Part shown: positions 10,468-20,159 of the stretch, piece by piece
Position numbering within the stretch: the first letter of the stretch is position 1
How the letters are laid out: each line of letters opens with the position of its first letter
Assembly: GCA_965230295.1 (NCBI GenBank)
Contig: OZ246001.1
Span: 2,784,001-2,848,000 of the forward strand
Length of the DNA stretch: 64,000 nucleotides
Direction of reading: 5' to 3'
DNA from: Marinicella sp.
GTDB taxonomy: Bacteria > Pseudomonadota > Gammaproteobacteria > Xanthomonadales > Marinicellaceae
Translations under genes and position numbers: made by a program
Notes under the pieces: model-generated
What the model was told of the DNA's origin: nothing
Seen by the model: only the letters and a program-made list of their open reading frames with translations
The model's database searches: none

Positions 10468-11039
10468 TAAAAGTCAGTGAATCAGCCATCGAGTTTTTGG
10501 CAGGTGTGATCAACGAACAAGACATTGAAAACCTACACCTCAAAGTGGATGTACAAAATCCAGGTACGCCTTCGGCAGATTGTCACTTGGGATTTTGTGA
10601 ATCCGATGAAATTGATGACAGTTTTGAAGTTCAGGATTTAGGCCCGTTTAATTTGTACATGGCTAAAAATGACAGTGATTATTTTGTTGATGCTGAAATC
10701 GATTACGAAATCCAAGGTGCCAGTGGTCAACTGAACATCAAAGCACCCATGCTCAAAGGCCAAACGCCAGATGATGATGCGCCGTTGTTTGAACGCTTGT
10801 CATATTTTATTGATGCCACGATCAATCCCATGTTGGCCTCACATGGCGGCAGGGCCAATTTAACCAACATTGAAGGTGATAAAGCATACATTGAATTTGG
10901 TGGCGGCTGCCAAGGTTGTGGCATGGCCAAACAAACTTTATCTCAAGGGATGCAATCACAAATAACGACCGCCTTCCCTGAAATCAGTGAAGTGTTGGAT
11001 GCGACTGATCATGCATCAGGCGCCAACCCGTATTATTGA
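10464..11039 (+). CDS. nfuA: Fe/S biogenesis protein NfuA
   Basis: N-terminal ATC-like domain (NPGTPSADC). NifU C-domain INPMLASHGG...FGGGCQGC...DATDH..GANPYY. Confidence 0.9.
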   Translation: MIKVSESAIEFLAGVINEQDIENLHLKVDVQNPGTPSADCHLGFCESDEIDDSFEVQDLGPFNLYMAKNDSDYFVDAEIDYEIQGASGQLNIKAPMLKGQTPDDDAPLFERLSYFIDATINPMLASHGGRANLTNIEGDKAYIEFGGGCQGCGMAKQTLSQGMQSQITTAFPEISEVLDATDHASGANPYY

Positions 11040-11055
11040 AAATTTAGGTCACTCA

Positions 11056-11859
11056 ATGGAATCCGAGAACAACCCCAATATCTACGATGTCACTGCTGAT
11101 ACATTCATGGCAGATGTCATTGAGAAATCAAAAAACACACCGGTGATTTTAGATTTCTGGGCAGATTGGTGCGAACCCTGTAAAAACCTCACTCCCATAT
11201 TACATTCAATTGTTGAAAAGTATCCCAACGCTTTGGTGTTGGCCAAAGTCAATACCGACCAAGAACAGATGCTGGCTCAACAAATGGGCATTCAAAGCCT
11301 ACCCACTGTGGCCTTGTTAAAAGATGGTCAAATCGTTGATAATTTCATGGGTGTGAAGCCTGAAAGTGAAATCACAGCCTGGTTGGCGAACCATGTAGAA
11401 TTGGCAGAACAGCCATCAGCACCGGTAGCTGATGATGGAGTTCAGAGCCTGATTGATGCGGGCGATTATGAGGCAGCAATGTCTGCCTTGTTAGCACAAC
11501 CAGCTGAACAAGCCGTTTGGCAAACCATTGAGGTTCACTTGTTGATGAATAACGTTGATGCCGCCCAGAAAATGTATGATGCTTTGAGTGATGCACAGTT
11601 GAAAATGCCTGAGGCCGATCAAGCCAAAGCCAGAATTCAATTGGCCAGTGTTGAAGCAGATGACGATCAACTGGCGGCATTCCAACAACAAATCGCACAA
11701 GGTCAAGTAGAACCGGCTGTACAAGGCCTGTTGGATGTGTTGCAGCAAGATTTGGGAAATACTGAGGTTAAACAATTACTCATTGCATCTTTCGGTTTGT
11801 TGAACGACCCAAAACTGGCAGCTCAGTACCGCAGGCGGATGGGTTCAATCTTGAATTGA
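11056..11859 (+). CDS. cnoX: Thioredoxin-TPR chaperedoxin (YbbN/CnoX family)
   Basis: DFWADWCEPCK thioredoxin domain followed by helical TPR-like region ending YRRRMGSILN. Start taken at MESENN. Confidence 0.82.
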   Translation: MESENNPNIYDVTADTFMADVIEKSKNTPVILDFWADWCEPCKNLTPILHSIVEKYPNALVLAKVNTDQEQMLAQQMGIQSLPTVALLKDGQIVDNFMGVKPESEITAWLANHVELAEQPSAPVADDGVQSLIDAGDYEAAMSALLAQPAEQAVWQTIEVHLLMNNVDAAQKMYDALSDAQLKMPEADQAKARIQLASVEADDDQLAAFQQQIAQGQVEPAVQGLLDVLQQDLGNTEVKQLLIASFGLLNDPKLAAQYRRRMGSILN

Positions 11860-11883
11860 TTCTGGTGTATCGGGAGAAACTAA

Positions 11884-12390
11884 ATGCTCAGAAAGTTTAT
11901 ATTAATGTCAACCATGGTGACTACCGGTGTGTTGGCTGATCAGGCTCAAAATTCCTCCGGATATTTAAGCCAAGCCAAACAAGTGGCTGACAACATTTGG
12001 ATTGGTCCACAACCCAATGCCAAAGATTTCAATGAATTGGCTGCCGAAGAGGTGACTGTGGTGGTCAACACCAGAACAGTCGAAGAAGTTGAACAACTGG
12101 ATTATCGACCAGCCGCTCAAGCGGAACAATTTAACATGGCCTATGAATTGATCGAGATAGGTAAAGGCCACGCTTACTCACCTGCACAGTTGGTGGTTTT
12201 CAATGAATTGATGGAGGCCAATGCCGGTGAAAAAATGGTGTTGCATTGTCGTTCTGGTCATCGTGCCAGTCAGTTATATGCCGCTTGGCTGATCAAACAT
12301 CAAAACAAGTCTACTGCCGAAGCATTACAAGCCATTCAGTCAGAGGAAACCACTTTGAATGATTCAATCAAGGCGCTTCTTGGTCAATAA
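11884..12390 (+). CDS. Periplasmic DUF442/BLH-type sulfurtransferase / PTP-like protein
   Basis: Signal peptide, GPQP, VVNTR, and active loop HCRSGHRA (CX5R). Confidence 0.75.
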   Translation: MLRKFILMSTMVTTGVLADQAQNSSGYLSQAKQVADNIWIGPQPNAKDFNELAAEEVTVVVNTRTVEEVEQLDYRPAAQAEQFNMAYELIEIGKGHAYSPAQLVVFNELMEANAGEKMVLHCRSGHRASQLYAAWLIKHQNKSTAEALQAIQSEETTLNDSIKALLGQ

Positions 12391-12426
12391 CAACCCCAAA
12401 TCTATTATTTAAGGAATCTACCAAAG

Positions 12427-13830
12427 ATGAAAGTGATCACACGTTTTGCTCCCAGTCCCACAGGCTACCTCCATGTTGGTGGTGCCCGGACTGCCTTGTT
12501 CTCATACCTGTATGCCAGACACCATGGAGGCCAATTTGAGCTGAGGATCGAAGACACCGATACCGAACGTTCTACCCAAGCATCGGTCGATGCCATTTTT
12601 GAGGGTATGGATTGGTTGGGATTAGAACATGATTCCGAGGTCAATTACCAAAGTAAAAATCTGGCGCGATATCAGGAAAAAATTCAAGAATTGTTAGACA
12701 GTGGCCAAGCTTATTACTGTGATTGTTCTAAGGAAGAGTTGGATGCCCTGCGTGAACAGCAAATGGCTCGTGGTGAAAAGCCCAGGTATGACGGGAGAAG
12801 TCGCGACTTGGGCCTGAAAAAATCTGCCGATACTGTTGTTCGATTCAAAAACCCACTGTCAGGTGAAGTGACTTTTAACGATCATGTGCGCGGCACCATA
12901 ACTGTGGCCAACAGCGAATTGGACGATCTGGTGATTGCCAGGGCCGATGGCATGCCCACCTACAATTTCAGTGTGGTGGTTGATGATGCCGATATGGGCA
13001 TCACCCATGTCATTCGGGGTGATGATCACATCAATAACACCCCACGACAGATCAATATTTATCAAGCACTCAACATGCCAGTACCTGAATTTGCCCATGT
13101 GCCGATGATTTTGGGTGATGACGGTGCGCGTTTATCCAAACGCCATGGAGCGGTCAGCGTGATGCAGTATGCCGATGACGGCTATTTGCCCGAAGCGGTG
13201 CTGAATTATTTGGTGCGATTGGGTTGGTCACATGGTGATCAAGAGTTATTCAATAAAGAAGAAATGATTGAATTGTTCGATTTATCCGGTGTTAACCGAG
13301 CACCCAGTGCCTTTAATACCACCAAGCTGAATTGGATCAACCAACAATACATACAGCAGGCAGATTCATCCAGACTCGCTGAGTTGTTGCAACAACGATT
13401 GTCTGCAATCAATGTCGAGGTCAATTCGGACATTGACTTGGTGGCCATAGTTGATATGTTCAAAGACCGGGCCCAAACCATCAATGAATTGGCTGACATG
13501 GGTCTGTTCCTGTTGCAGCCTTTATCCGGTTACGATGAAAAAGCAGAAGCCAAAGCCTTCAAAGAATCAGCCATAGAGCCCCTCAAAGCTGTCATCAATA
13601 AATGCGAAGGCATTGATGATTGGCCCGGTGCGGACTTACATCAACTGATCGCTGATGTGGTGGCTGAACTGGAAGTGGGTTTTGGTAAAGTCGGCATGCC
13701 TGTGAGGCTGGCGCTGTCCGGTCAGGCGCAAGGGCCTGCCAATGATGTGATCATGCAAGTGTTGGGCCAAGAACAGAGTGTTCAAAGGTTGCAACAAGCA
13801 TTAGAACATGTGCAAAATAAGTATGCTTGA
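12427..13830 (+). CDS. gltX: Glutamate--tRNA ligase
   Basis: TRFAPSPTGYLHVGG (HIGH), LRIEDTD, THVIRGDDH, RLSKRHG (KMSKS-like). Confidence 0.98.
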   Translation: MKVITRFAPSPTGYLHVGGARTALFSYLYARHHGGQFELRIEDTDTERSTQASVDAIFEGMDWLGLEHDSEVNYQSKNLARYQEKIQELLDSGQAYYCDCSKEELDALREQQMARGEKPRYDGRSRDLGLKKSADTVVRFKNPLSGEVTFNDHVRGTITVANSELDDLVIARADGMPTYNFSVVVDDADMGITHVIRGDDHINNTPRQINIYQALNMPVPEFAHVPMILGDDGARLSKRHGAVSVMQYADDGYLPEAVLNYLVRLGWSHGDQELFNKEEMIELFDLSGVNRAPSAFNTTKLNWINQQYIQQADSSRLAELLQQRLSAINVEVNSDIDLVAIVDMFKDRAQTINELADMGLFLLQPLSGYDEKAEAKAFKESAIEPLKAVINKCEGIDDWPGADLHQLIADVVAELEVGFGKVGMPVRLALSGQAQGPANDVIMQVLGQEQSVQRLQQALEHVQNKYA

Positions 13831-14310
13831 ATGACTGTGGCTGCCACCTTCACCATCAAACGTTTGACCAAAGCTGACCTGCATTTGATGGATGGTTTGC
13901 TGGATTGTTTCGCCGTAAATTTTGCAGATCACGATAATTACACCAACAATCGACCTCAACCGAAATACCTTCAATCCTTACTCAATGAACAGGGCTTCAT
14001 AGCTTTGGTGGCATGTGCTGAAAACCAGGTGATTGGTGGCCTGGCTGCCTATGAATTAAAGAAATTTGAACAAGCCCGCAGTGAAATTTATATTTATGAT
14101 TTGGCGGTTGATGCTAAAAACAGGCGACAGGGTGTGGCCACTGCATTGATCAACGCTTTACAACCGATTGCAAAACAGTGTGGCGCTTGGGTGATATACG
14201 TTCAAGCCGATCAGGGTGATGAACCGCCGATAGCCTTGTATGAAAAACTGGGTATAAGAGAGGACGTCTTGCATTTTGATATTCCGGTACAGCCCACTCC
14301 AACCGAGTAG
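13831..14310 (+). CDS. AAC(3)-I family aminoglycoside 3-N-acetyltransferase (GNAT)
   Basis: FIALVA...GGLAAYELKKFEQARSEIYIYDLAV...RRQGVATALI...VIYVQAD.GDEP.IALYEKLGIREDVLHFDI matches the AAC(3)-I signature. Confidence 0.85.
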   Translation: MTVAATFTIKRLTKADLHLMDGLLDCFAVNFADHDNYTNNRPQPKYLQSLLNEQGFIALVACAENQVIGGLAAYELKKFEQARSEIYIYDLAVDAKNRRQGVATALINALQPIAKQCGAWVIYVQADQGDEPPIALYEKLGIREDVLHFDIPVQPTPTE

Positions 14311-14353
14311 AAGCCATTTTTAATGACAACATTTTATCCGTGAAACTCATTCA

Positions 14354-14869
14354 ATGAAAAAATACATTTTGTTATTCAGGGGCATCAACGTGGGTGGTAG
14401 AAATTTACTCCCCATGAAAGCGTTAAAAGCCATGTTACAAGAATGTGGTTATCAGAAGGTAGAAACCTATATTCAGTCAGGTAATGTGGTCTTACAAAGT
14501 CAACAACCTCCTGATGATGTCATCAGTGGACAAATTGAGCAGGTATTTGGTTTCAAACCCCAATTGTTGGTGCTGACTGAAGAACATTTTAAAGATGCCA
14601 TCCAGAACAACCCCTTTGCCACAGATGAAGGCAAGCATTTGCATTTCTTTTTCCTGGCTGAACAGCCACAAGCAAATCATGAAAAGTTGTCACAGTTGGC
14701 CACCGAGACTGAACAATTTTTGGTGACTGATTCGGTGTTCTACTTATTGGCACCTGATGGCATTGGTCGGTCTAAATTGGCTGCTCAGGTTGAAGCGTGT
14801 CTGGGGGTGTCAGGGACTGGCCGGAATTTAAATACAGTCAGAAAGCTGGTGGCAATGCTGGAGAAATAA
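14354..14869 (+). CDS. DUF1697 domain protein
   Basis: YILLFRGINVGG...M..L...VETYIQSGNVV...NPF...TGRNLNTVRKL. Confidence 0.88.
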   Translation: MKKYILLFRGINVGGRNLLPMKALKAMLQECGYQKVETYIQSGNVVLQSQQPPDDVISGQIEQVFGFKPQLLVLTEEHFKDAIQNNPFATDEGKHLHFFFLAEQPQANHEKLSQLATETEQFLVTDSVFYLLAPDGIGRSKLAAQVEACLGVSGTGRNLNTVRKLVAMLEK

Positions 14870-14872
14870 TCA

Positions 14873-15610
14873 ATGAATAACTTCTACAATGTGAGGCTGC
14901 AGTTTTGGCTTTGGTGTTTGTTGTCCGTCAGTCATCAGGTCTGGGCTGGTGAACATGAATTGAAAATAACTGCTTTGAGTGATCAGGTTTATTTACACAC
15001 TTCATTCCACGAAACCGATTCCTATGGTTGGGTGGGTGCACATGGCCTGGTTGTTATTCATGAATCGGGTGCTTACATCATCGATACGCCTTGGTCTGAG
15101 GCGGACACCAAGCAATTGCAGGCGTGGATAAGCGATGAAGGGTATAAACTGATGGGCAGTGTTTCCACTCATTTTCATGCCGACAGGACCGCAGGCATTG
15201 ATCATTTAAATGTCATGAAGGTGCCCACCCATGCATCCAAACTCACCAACCAATTGTTGGCTGATTTAGGACAAGCGCAGGCCACTCATGCTTTTACCGG
15301 TAACACTTTTTCCTGGCTGCCAGAAGTGATTGAGGTTTATTACCCCGGTGGAGGCCACTCGAAAGACAACGTGGTGGTTTGGTTGCCGCAGGAAAAGCTC
15401 CTGTTTGGTGGCTGCTTGATCAGGTCAATTCACAGCAAAACATTGGGCAACACCAGTGATGCGGTGGTCAGTGATTGGGCTGAGAGTGCATCACATGTGC
15501 TGGCCAAGTATGGGGATGTCAAAACAGTGGTCCCGGGCCATGGCTCCCTTGGTGGCATAGAATTGATTAAGCACACCATTCAATTGGCTCAAAAACACAA
15601 TGAAAAGTAG
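14873..15610 (+). CDS. Subclass B1 metallo-beta-lactamase (IMP/DIM/SIM-like)
   Basis: Signal peptide, VYLHTSF, IDTPW. All six Zn ligands are present: HFHAD, GGHSKDN, LFGGC, VPGHG. Confidence 0.9.
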   Translation: MNNFYNVRLQFWLWCLLSVSHQVWAGEHELKITALSDQVYLHTSFHETDSYGWVGAHGLVVIHESGAYIIDTPWSEADTKQLQAWISDEGYKLMGSVSTHFHADRTAGIDHLNVMKVPTHASKLTNQLLADLGQAQATHAFTGNTFSWLPEVIEVYYPGGGHSKDNVVVWLPQEKLLFGGCLIRSIHSKTLGNTSDAVVSDWAESASHVLAKYGDVKTVVPGHGSLGGIELIKHTIQLAQKHNEK

Positions 15611-15748
15611 TCAGCATTGACTCGTTTTCTTCAGACGAAATACAATGAAAGCCCCTGGAGCATCCATTTTATATGGCTTTTAGCATTGGCACGATGGCCT
15701 TGAATATTGCACAATAGGTACCAGGTTCAAACTTCGTGTCAGTCAACA

Positions 15749-17329
15749 ATGAAGCAACAAACACCTTTGTGGGTAACAGGTGAAATTTCCATAGATTCGG
15801 TGGCACTGCGTGCTTATAAGCAGCATCAACCCATTGAACTTTCTGAGTTGTCATGTAAAGTCATGCTGGCTTTGATTCAGGCCTATCCTCAACCCCTCAG
15901 CAATCAAGAGCTGATCGATCAAGTTTGGCAACAAGTGGCAGTCAGTCCGGAAACGGTTACCCAGCGCATTGCCATGATCAGAAAAGCCTTGAGTCAGGTG
16001 GGAATAAACCACAAACAGTACCTGTCATCTACCCGCCATGTGGGCTACCGATGGATCAAAACGGTCAATCATAAGCAGCCCAAACCGCAGAACCCAAAAT
16101 TATGGTTTGCCCTGGCCATGACATTGGTGGTGTTACTGGCAGGGGCCACTTGGTACTTGAATGAACGCCAAGCCACATCCAAATCCATCCACCAAAAGGT
16201 TTCTACGCAGATTTCAGTCGAAGACCTGACCCAACAAGCCTGGGAGTATTTAGACAAACACACGGCAAAAACCAATAGATCGGCAGTGAGTTTATTTCGC
16301 CAGGCCCTTGAAATTGATGCCAATCACGTCAACGCATTGACGGGATTATCCATTGCGCTTTCTCACCAAGTAACAAAATTCAATCAGTCTGATAAATGGC
16401 TGGTGGAAGCCAGATCGGTGGCATTGAAAGCCGTTGAATTAGACGATACCCATGCCCAGGCTTGGGCTGCACTGGCCTTTGTCGATGACGCCTATGGAGA
16501 TTTGGATAAGGCGATAAGCGGTTATGAAAAGGCAATTGCATTGTCACCAGACAACAGTTCGATCGTCAGTTCTCTGGCTTATTTGTATGGTAAAAAAGGG
16601 CGTTTGTTAGATTCATTGCAAAAGAGCCTTTCTGTGTTGGGAACTGATCAACTGTATTTAGATGTTCAAATTGCCCAGGTCATGGAGCTGTTGGGGTTCG
16701 ATATGTTGGCCGAACGTTGGTATCGAAAAGCAGATGTTTTGGCCCCTGACAATGTGTTCGCTACTTACTTGCGAGCCCGTTTCTATTTGGCCAGAAATCA
16801 ACATGACCAAGCCAAAGACATTGTAGAACAGGCCATTGATAGGGGTGTCGTCAGGCCGGAATTACCCATCTTGTTGGGCATGTTGGCTTGGAAGAAAAGT
16901 GACATGCCAACAGCACAACTGTATTTTCAGCAAGCAACCGAAATTGACCCCAATGACACCCATGCGCAGTTGATGTTGGCAACAGTGTCCAAGCAGCAGG
17001 CTTCACAAGCAGAGCGTTTTGTGCATCTGAACGAGATCAAGCAGCAGTATTTCAGTGGTCAACAAACCACATGGCCGGATTACTGGGTTCATCAAGCACA
17101 GGTTTTGGCGTATTTTGGTGCGGATGAAGAAGCAATGGAATATTTACATCAAGCTTATCAGGCGGGTTATCGTAATCTGATGTGGCTTCAGTGGTTACCG
17201 GCCTTTGAAGGCCTAAAAAGCCAGCCAACTTGGCAATCGCTGATGGTTGAGTTACACCAAGACGTCAGTAACCAAAGACAACAATTGCTGTCTGCAGATT
17301 GGTTGCCAACGTCTTTTTTTAGACCCTGA
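15749..17329 (+). CDS. Membrane-anchored CadC/ToxR-type winged-helix regulator with TPR sensor domain
   Basis: OmpR-type wHTH (ELIDQVW..VAVSPETVTQRIAMIRKAL...TRHVGYRW), one TM segment (LWFALAMTLVVLLAGATWYL), then TPR repeats. Start uncertain (15707 or 15749). Confidence 0.8.
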   Translation: MKQQTPLWVTGEISIDSVALRAYKQHQPIELSELSCKVMLALIQAYPQPLSNQELIDQVWQQVAVSPETVTQRIAMIRKALSQVGINHKQYLSSTRHVGYRWIKTVNHKQPKPQNPKLWFALAMTLVVLLAGATWYLNERQATSKSIHQKVSTQISVEDLTQQAWEYLDKHTAKTNRSAVSLFRQALEIDANHVNALTGLSIALSHQVTKFNQSDKWLVEARSVALKAVELDDTHAQAWAALAFVDDAYGDLDKAISGYEKAIALSPDNSSIVSSLAYLYGKKGRLLDSLQKSLSVLGTDQLYLDVQIAQVMELLGFDMLAERWYRKADVLAPDNVFATYLRARFYLARNQHDQAKDIVEQAIDRGVVRPELPILLGMLAWKKSDMPTAQLYFQQATEIDPNDTHAQLMLATVSKQQASQAERFVHLNEIKQQYFSGQQTTWPDYWVHQAQVLAYFGADEEAMEYLHQAYQAGYRNLMWLQWLPAFEGLKSQPTWQSLMVELHQDVSNQRQQLLSADWLPTSFFRP

Positions 17330-17332
17330 TAG

Positions 17333-18385
17333 TTAACGGTTCATTAATACGGGAATCACATGATCAGTGAGGATTCCTTGAGATTGTTGGTGCATGTAGT
17401 TGGTGTTGTAAGCTGTACTGGTGATCACCACTTGGGCATTGAGGCTGGGTAACATGAATAAATAGTTGCCACCATTGCCCGCTGCTGCATAAGCAGTGAT
17501 GGTTTGATCATTGACTTTAAAGTCAAAAATCCACCATAAATACCCATATTCCTGATTGCGTTCAGCATTGATGACAGCACGTCGCTTCAAAGATGAGTTG
17601 ACCCAATTTTTATTCAAGATTTGCTGTTTGTTGAATTGCCCTTGGTTCATCATCAGCTGTCCAATTTTGATCCAGTCACGGGAGGTCATGCGCATCCCGC
17701 CAGCACCATTGGTCACACCCAAAGGGGCTTGACTGAATTTGGGTGGTTCTATTCCCAAAGGGGTGAATAACTTGCTTTGCAGGTAAGTACTCATGGGTTG
17801 TTTGCTGACCCGTTCAACAACATTTGTAAGTATTTGAACCCCTCCACTGCAGTAAGCAAAAGCCCGGCCATATGGACTGTTTTCAGGTGTTTTAGCCCAA
17901 GGCGGCGTGCCTTTGATGGGTAGATCAAGAATAAATCCTGACCAGTCTTCAATGATGTACATGCGTTCTTCATTACCTCTGGAAGCCGGGTTCCAATCAT
18001 CACATTCCAGTTGGCTACTCATGGTTAATAAGTCTTCAAGAGTCATGGTTGTTTTCCTGGGGTCCGGGTTTTTGACGGGTTGTTTGTCTTTGAAATAGGG
18101 CAGTACCGTTTGCTTAACATCTTTGATCATGCCATCTTGAATGGCGAAGCCCATGGCCAATGAAGTCATGGACTTACTGGCAGAGCGCATGTCATTTTTC
18201 ACATTTGGACCGCCTTGATTGAAGTATTGTTCATAGATGATTTGACCTTGGTGTGAAACCACCACACTGGTCATTTGTTGGTATTCATTGTTGTTTATTT
18301 TTTCAGTTAATGACTTGAAACTTGCGCCAGGTGAAGACGTGATGATGCCAAAGAGCAGTATAAAAAATGTAAATGGTTTGTTCAT
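17333..18385 (-). CDS. Secreted serine hydrolase, class C beta-lactamase/PBP-like fold
   Basis: SxxK (SASKS), LLTMSS, FAYCS, LFTPLGI, YGYLWW, AAGNGG. Signal peptide from MNKPF. Confidence 0.85.
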   Translation of the reverse strand: MNKPFTFFILLFGIITSSPGASFKSLTEKINNNEYQQMTSVVVSHQGQIIYEQYFNQGGPNVKNDMRSASKSMTSLAMGFAIQDGMIKDVKQTVLPYFKDKQPVKNPDPRKTTMTLEDLLTMSSQLECDDWNPASRGNEERMYIIEDWSGFILDLPIKGTPPWAKTPENSPYGRAFAYCSGGVQILTNVVERVSKQPMSTYLQSKLFTPLGIEPPKFSQAPLGVTNGAGGMRMTSRDWIKIGQLMMNQGQFNKQQILNKNWVNSSLKRRAVINAERNQEYGYLWWIFDFKVNDQTITAYAAAGNGGNYLFMLPSLNAQVVITSTAYNTNYMHQQSQGILTDHVIPVLMNR

Positions 18386-18566
18386 GGTGTTTATCTCTGT
18401 TGCGAAAAAACATTCACAATAAGTCAATCTTCACAGAGGTGCATGAAATGTCCTTGAACAAAAATAAAGAAAAATAAAAGGCTTTGTAAGTCTTTGAAAA
18501 AGTTACTTTATTTGGTAATCAGCCGTGATTAATCAAGCCAATGATCAAACGGGTTGAGGTGTTGTG

Positions 18567-19031
18567 TTAACCATTGACTGCCAATAAAGCGGCCAGTAGC
18601 AGCATGACCGTCAGGTTCAGTTTGAGCTTAAGTCTGGTATACCAGGGTGGCAAGATGTTTTGATTGTGGGCATGCCAATCCAGTGCCAATGCCGTCAGCC
18701 AACAAAAAAGCAACAATGAGATGCCCAAAAAATCGGCATACGATTGGTAACTGAGCCAGGCCACCACAATGATCAGGAAGTTAAATGCCACATAGCCAGA
18801 ATGATGTTTTTGGTTGAGCACTGCGCCAATTTGTATGCCAGCAAACAAAGCCAATAACAAAGCGGCGTAAGAATGGGTATAAATGTAAGCGTTGATGTGG
18901 GCAAAACTCAGTTTTACGCCAGTGAAAGAGGCCCAGTCTAAGTGGTGATACAAAGCCAGCAACAAGGTTAACAGCAATGGCACCAAACTCATATAGGCCA
19001 GTGCTTTGAATGTTTTTGAAGGTTGCGTCAT
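18567..19031 (-). CDS. DUF3429 family membrane protein (paralog 1)
   Basis: LAYMSLVP, SYAALLLALFAGIQIG, LDW...LPPWYTRLK, with several TM segments. Confidence 0.65.
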   Translation of the reverse strand: MTQPSKTFKALAYMSLVPLLLTLLLALYHHLDWASFTGVKLSFAHINAYIYTHSYAALLLALFAGIQIGAVLNQKHHSGYVAFNFLIIVVAWLSYQSYADFLGISLLLFCWLTALALDWHAHNQNILPPWYTRLKLKLNLTVMLLLAALLAVNG

Positions 19032-19044
19032 GTATGATTAGGTC

Positions 19045-20067
19045 TTATTTGCTGTTGATCAATGCGTTAAAAAATTCAACCAATTCATAGGTCTTGATGT
19101 CATTATGACAGGCGCCCACCTGAATTTCTGTGAACAGTAGATTGGAATCTACCACTTTGGCAAATGGTTTGCATGGGCTGATGCCCAGCTGATTGACCAA
19201 TGATTTGAGTTTGTTGTTGGTGGGGTACAGGTCGGCTTTGATTCTTATTTGAAAACCATTGGTATGGGGTTGTTCAACAATCAGGCCCTCAACCCGTTGT
19301 AATGCTGTAGCAATGTCTTTGGCACGCATGACCCATTGATTGATCTGGTTGAGGTTGTTATCCAGTCCATGAAGGGCAGTGATCAGTGCTGGAAAAGCAC
19401 TCCACATATTAGAGCCCAGACGATCACGCCACACCTGACATTGTTCTAAGAAGTGATTGTCGCCAGCCAACAGCGCGCCGGTGAGGGCGCCGATGCCTTT
19501 GTACATGGACACATAAACACTGTCAAACAAGCGCGATATCCCGGCCCAGGCATGTCCATAGTAATGGGCTGATTCCCACAAACGTGCACCATCCATGTGC
19601 ATGATCACTTGATGGTCGTCGCACCACTTTCGCAGATCAAGTAACTCTTGCCATTGAGCCAATTTAAACCCGGCACGTCGTAAGGGCAGTTCAATCACCA
19701 ACACGGCCACTTTTTCTTCTGAGGCAGTGACGTCTTTCAAAGTAATGGGCTGATCTGTGTTGCCAATGAACACCCCTTCCAAACCCATCAAAGCCTGGAA
19801 GGCATTTTGTTCATCCTGGGCAATGTGTGATTGTGGGTGCAACATGACTTTGGGGTTATTTTGATTGTCACAATGCACTTTCAGGGCGGCCATTTGACAG
19901 GTGGTGCCTTTGTTGAAAAACATGGCATCGGGTTTACCCAGCAGAGCCGCAACCCTGGTCTCTAACTCATCCACCAATGGACCTTCATTGTAGGTGTCAG
20001 ATTCAAAGTGACTGTACCTGGATTCACTCATCAGTTTCAACCAATGATCATGGCTTTGTTTGTGCAT
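19045..20067 (-). CDS. PLP-dependent low-specificity threonine aldolase / beta-eliminating lyase
   Basis: AMFFNKGTTCQMAAL, HPQSHI..DE, IELPLRRAG, HMDGARLWES, FDSVYVSMYKGIG (PLP Lys). Confidence 0.85.
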   Translation of the reverse strand: MHKQSHDHWLKLMSESRYSHFESDTYNEGPLVDELETRVAALLGKPDAMFFNKGTTCQMAALKVHCDNQNNPKVMLHPQSHIAQDEQNAFQALMGLEGVFIGNTDQPITLKDVTASEEKVAVLVIELPLRRAGFKLAQWQELLDLRKWCDDHQVIMHMDGARLWESAHYYGHAWAGISRLFDSVYVSMYKGIGALTGALLAGDNHFLEQCQVWRDRLGSNMWSAFPALITALHGLDNNLNQINQWVMRAKDIATALQRVEGLIVEQPHTNGFQIRIKADLYPTNNKLKSLVNQLGISPCKPFAKVVDSNLLFTEIQVGACHNDIKTYELVEFFNALINSK

Positions 20068-20159
20068 GCCTAAGTAACGCAATTTTGACCCCTTGAAAGA
20101 AATTCCCAATCATTAATTATAGACATTATCGGGAACAAAGTTAATAGACTTATTTCAGC

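Noticed and set aside
14311-14872. Possible integron cassette array around aac/DUF1697/bla
   Set aside because: Spacers are 43 and 3 nt, with no RYYYAAC...GTTRRRY attC structure and no integrase in the window.
17333-18385. Calling the serine hydrolase a true AmpC beta-lactamase
   Set aside because: It has SxxK, but YCS and AAG replace the AmpC YxN and KTG motifs. More likely an esterase or amidase.
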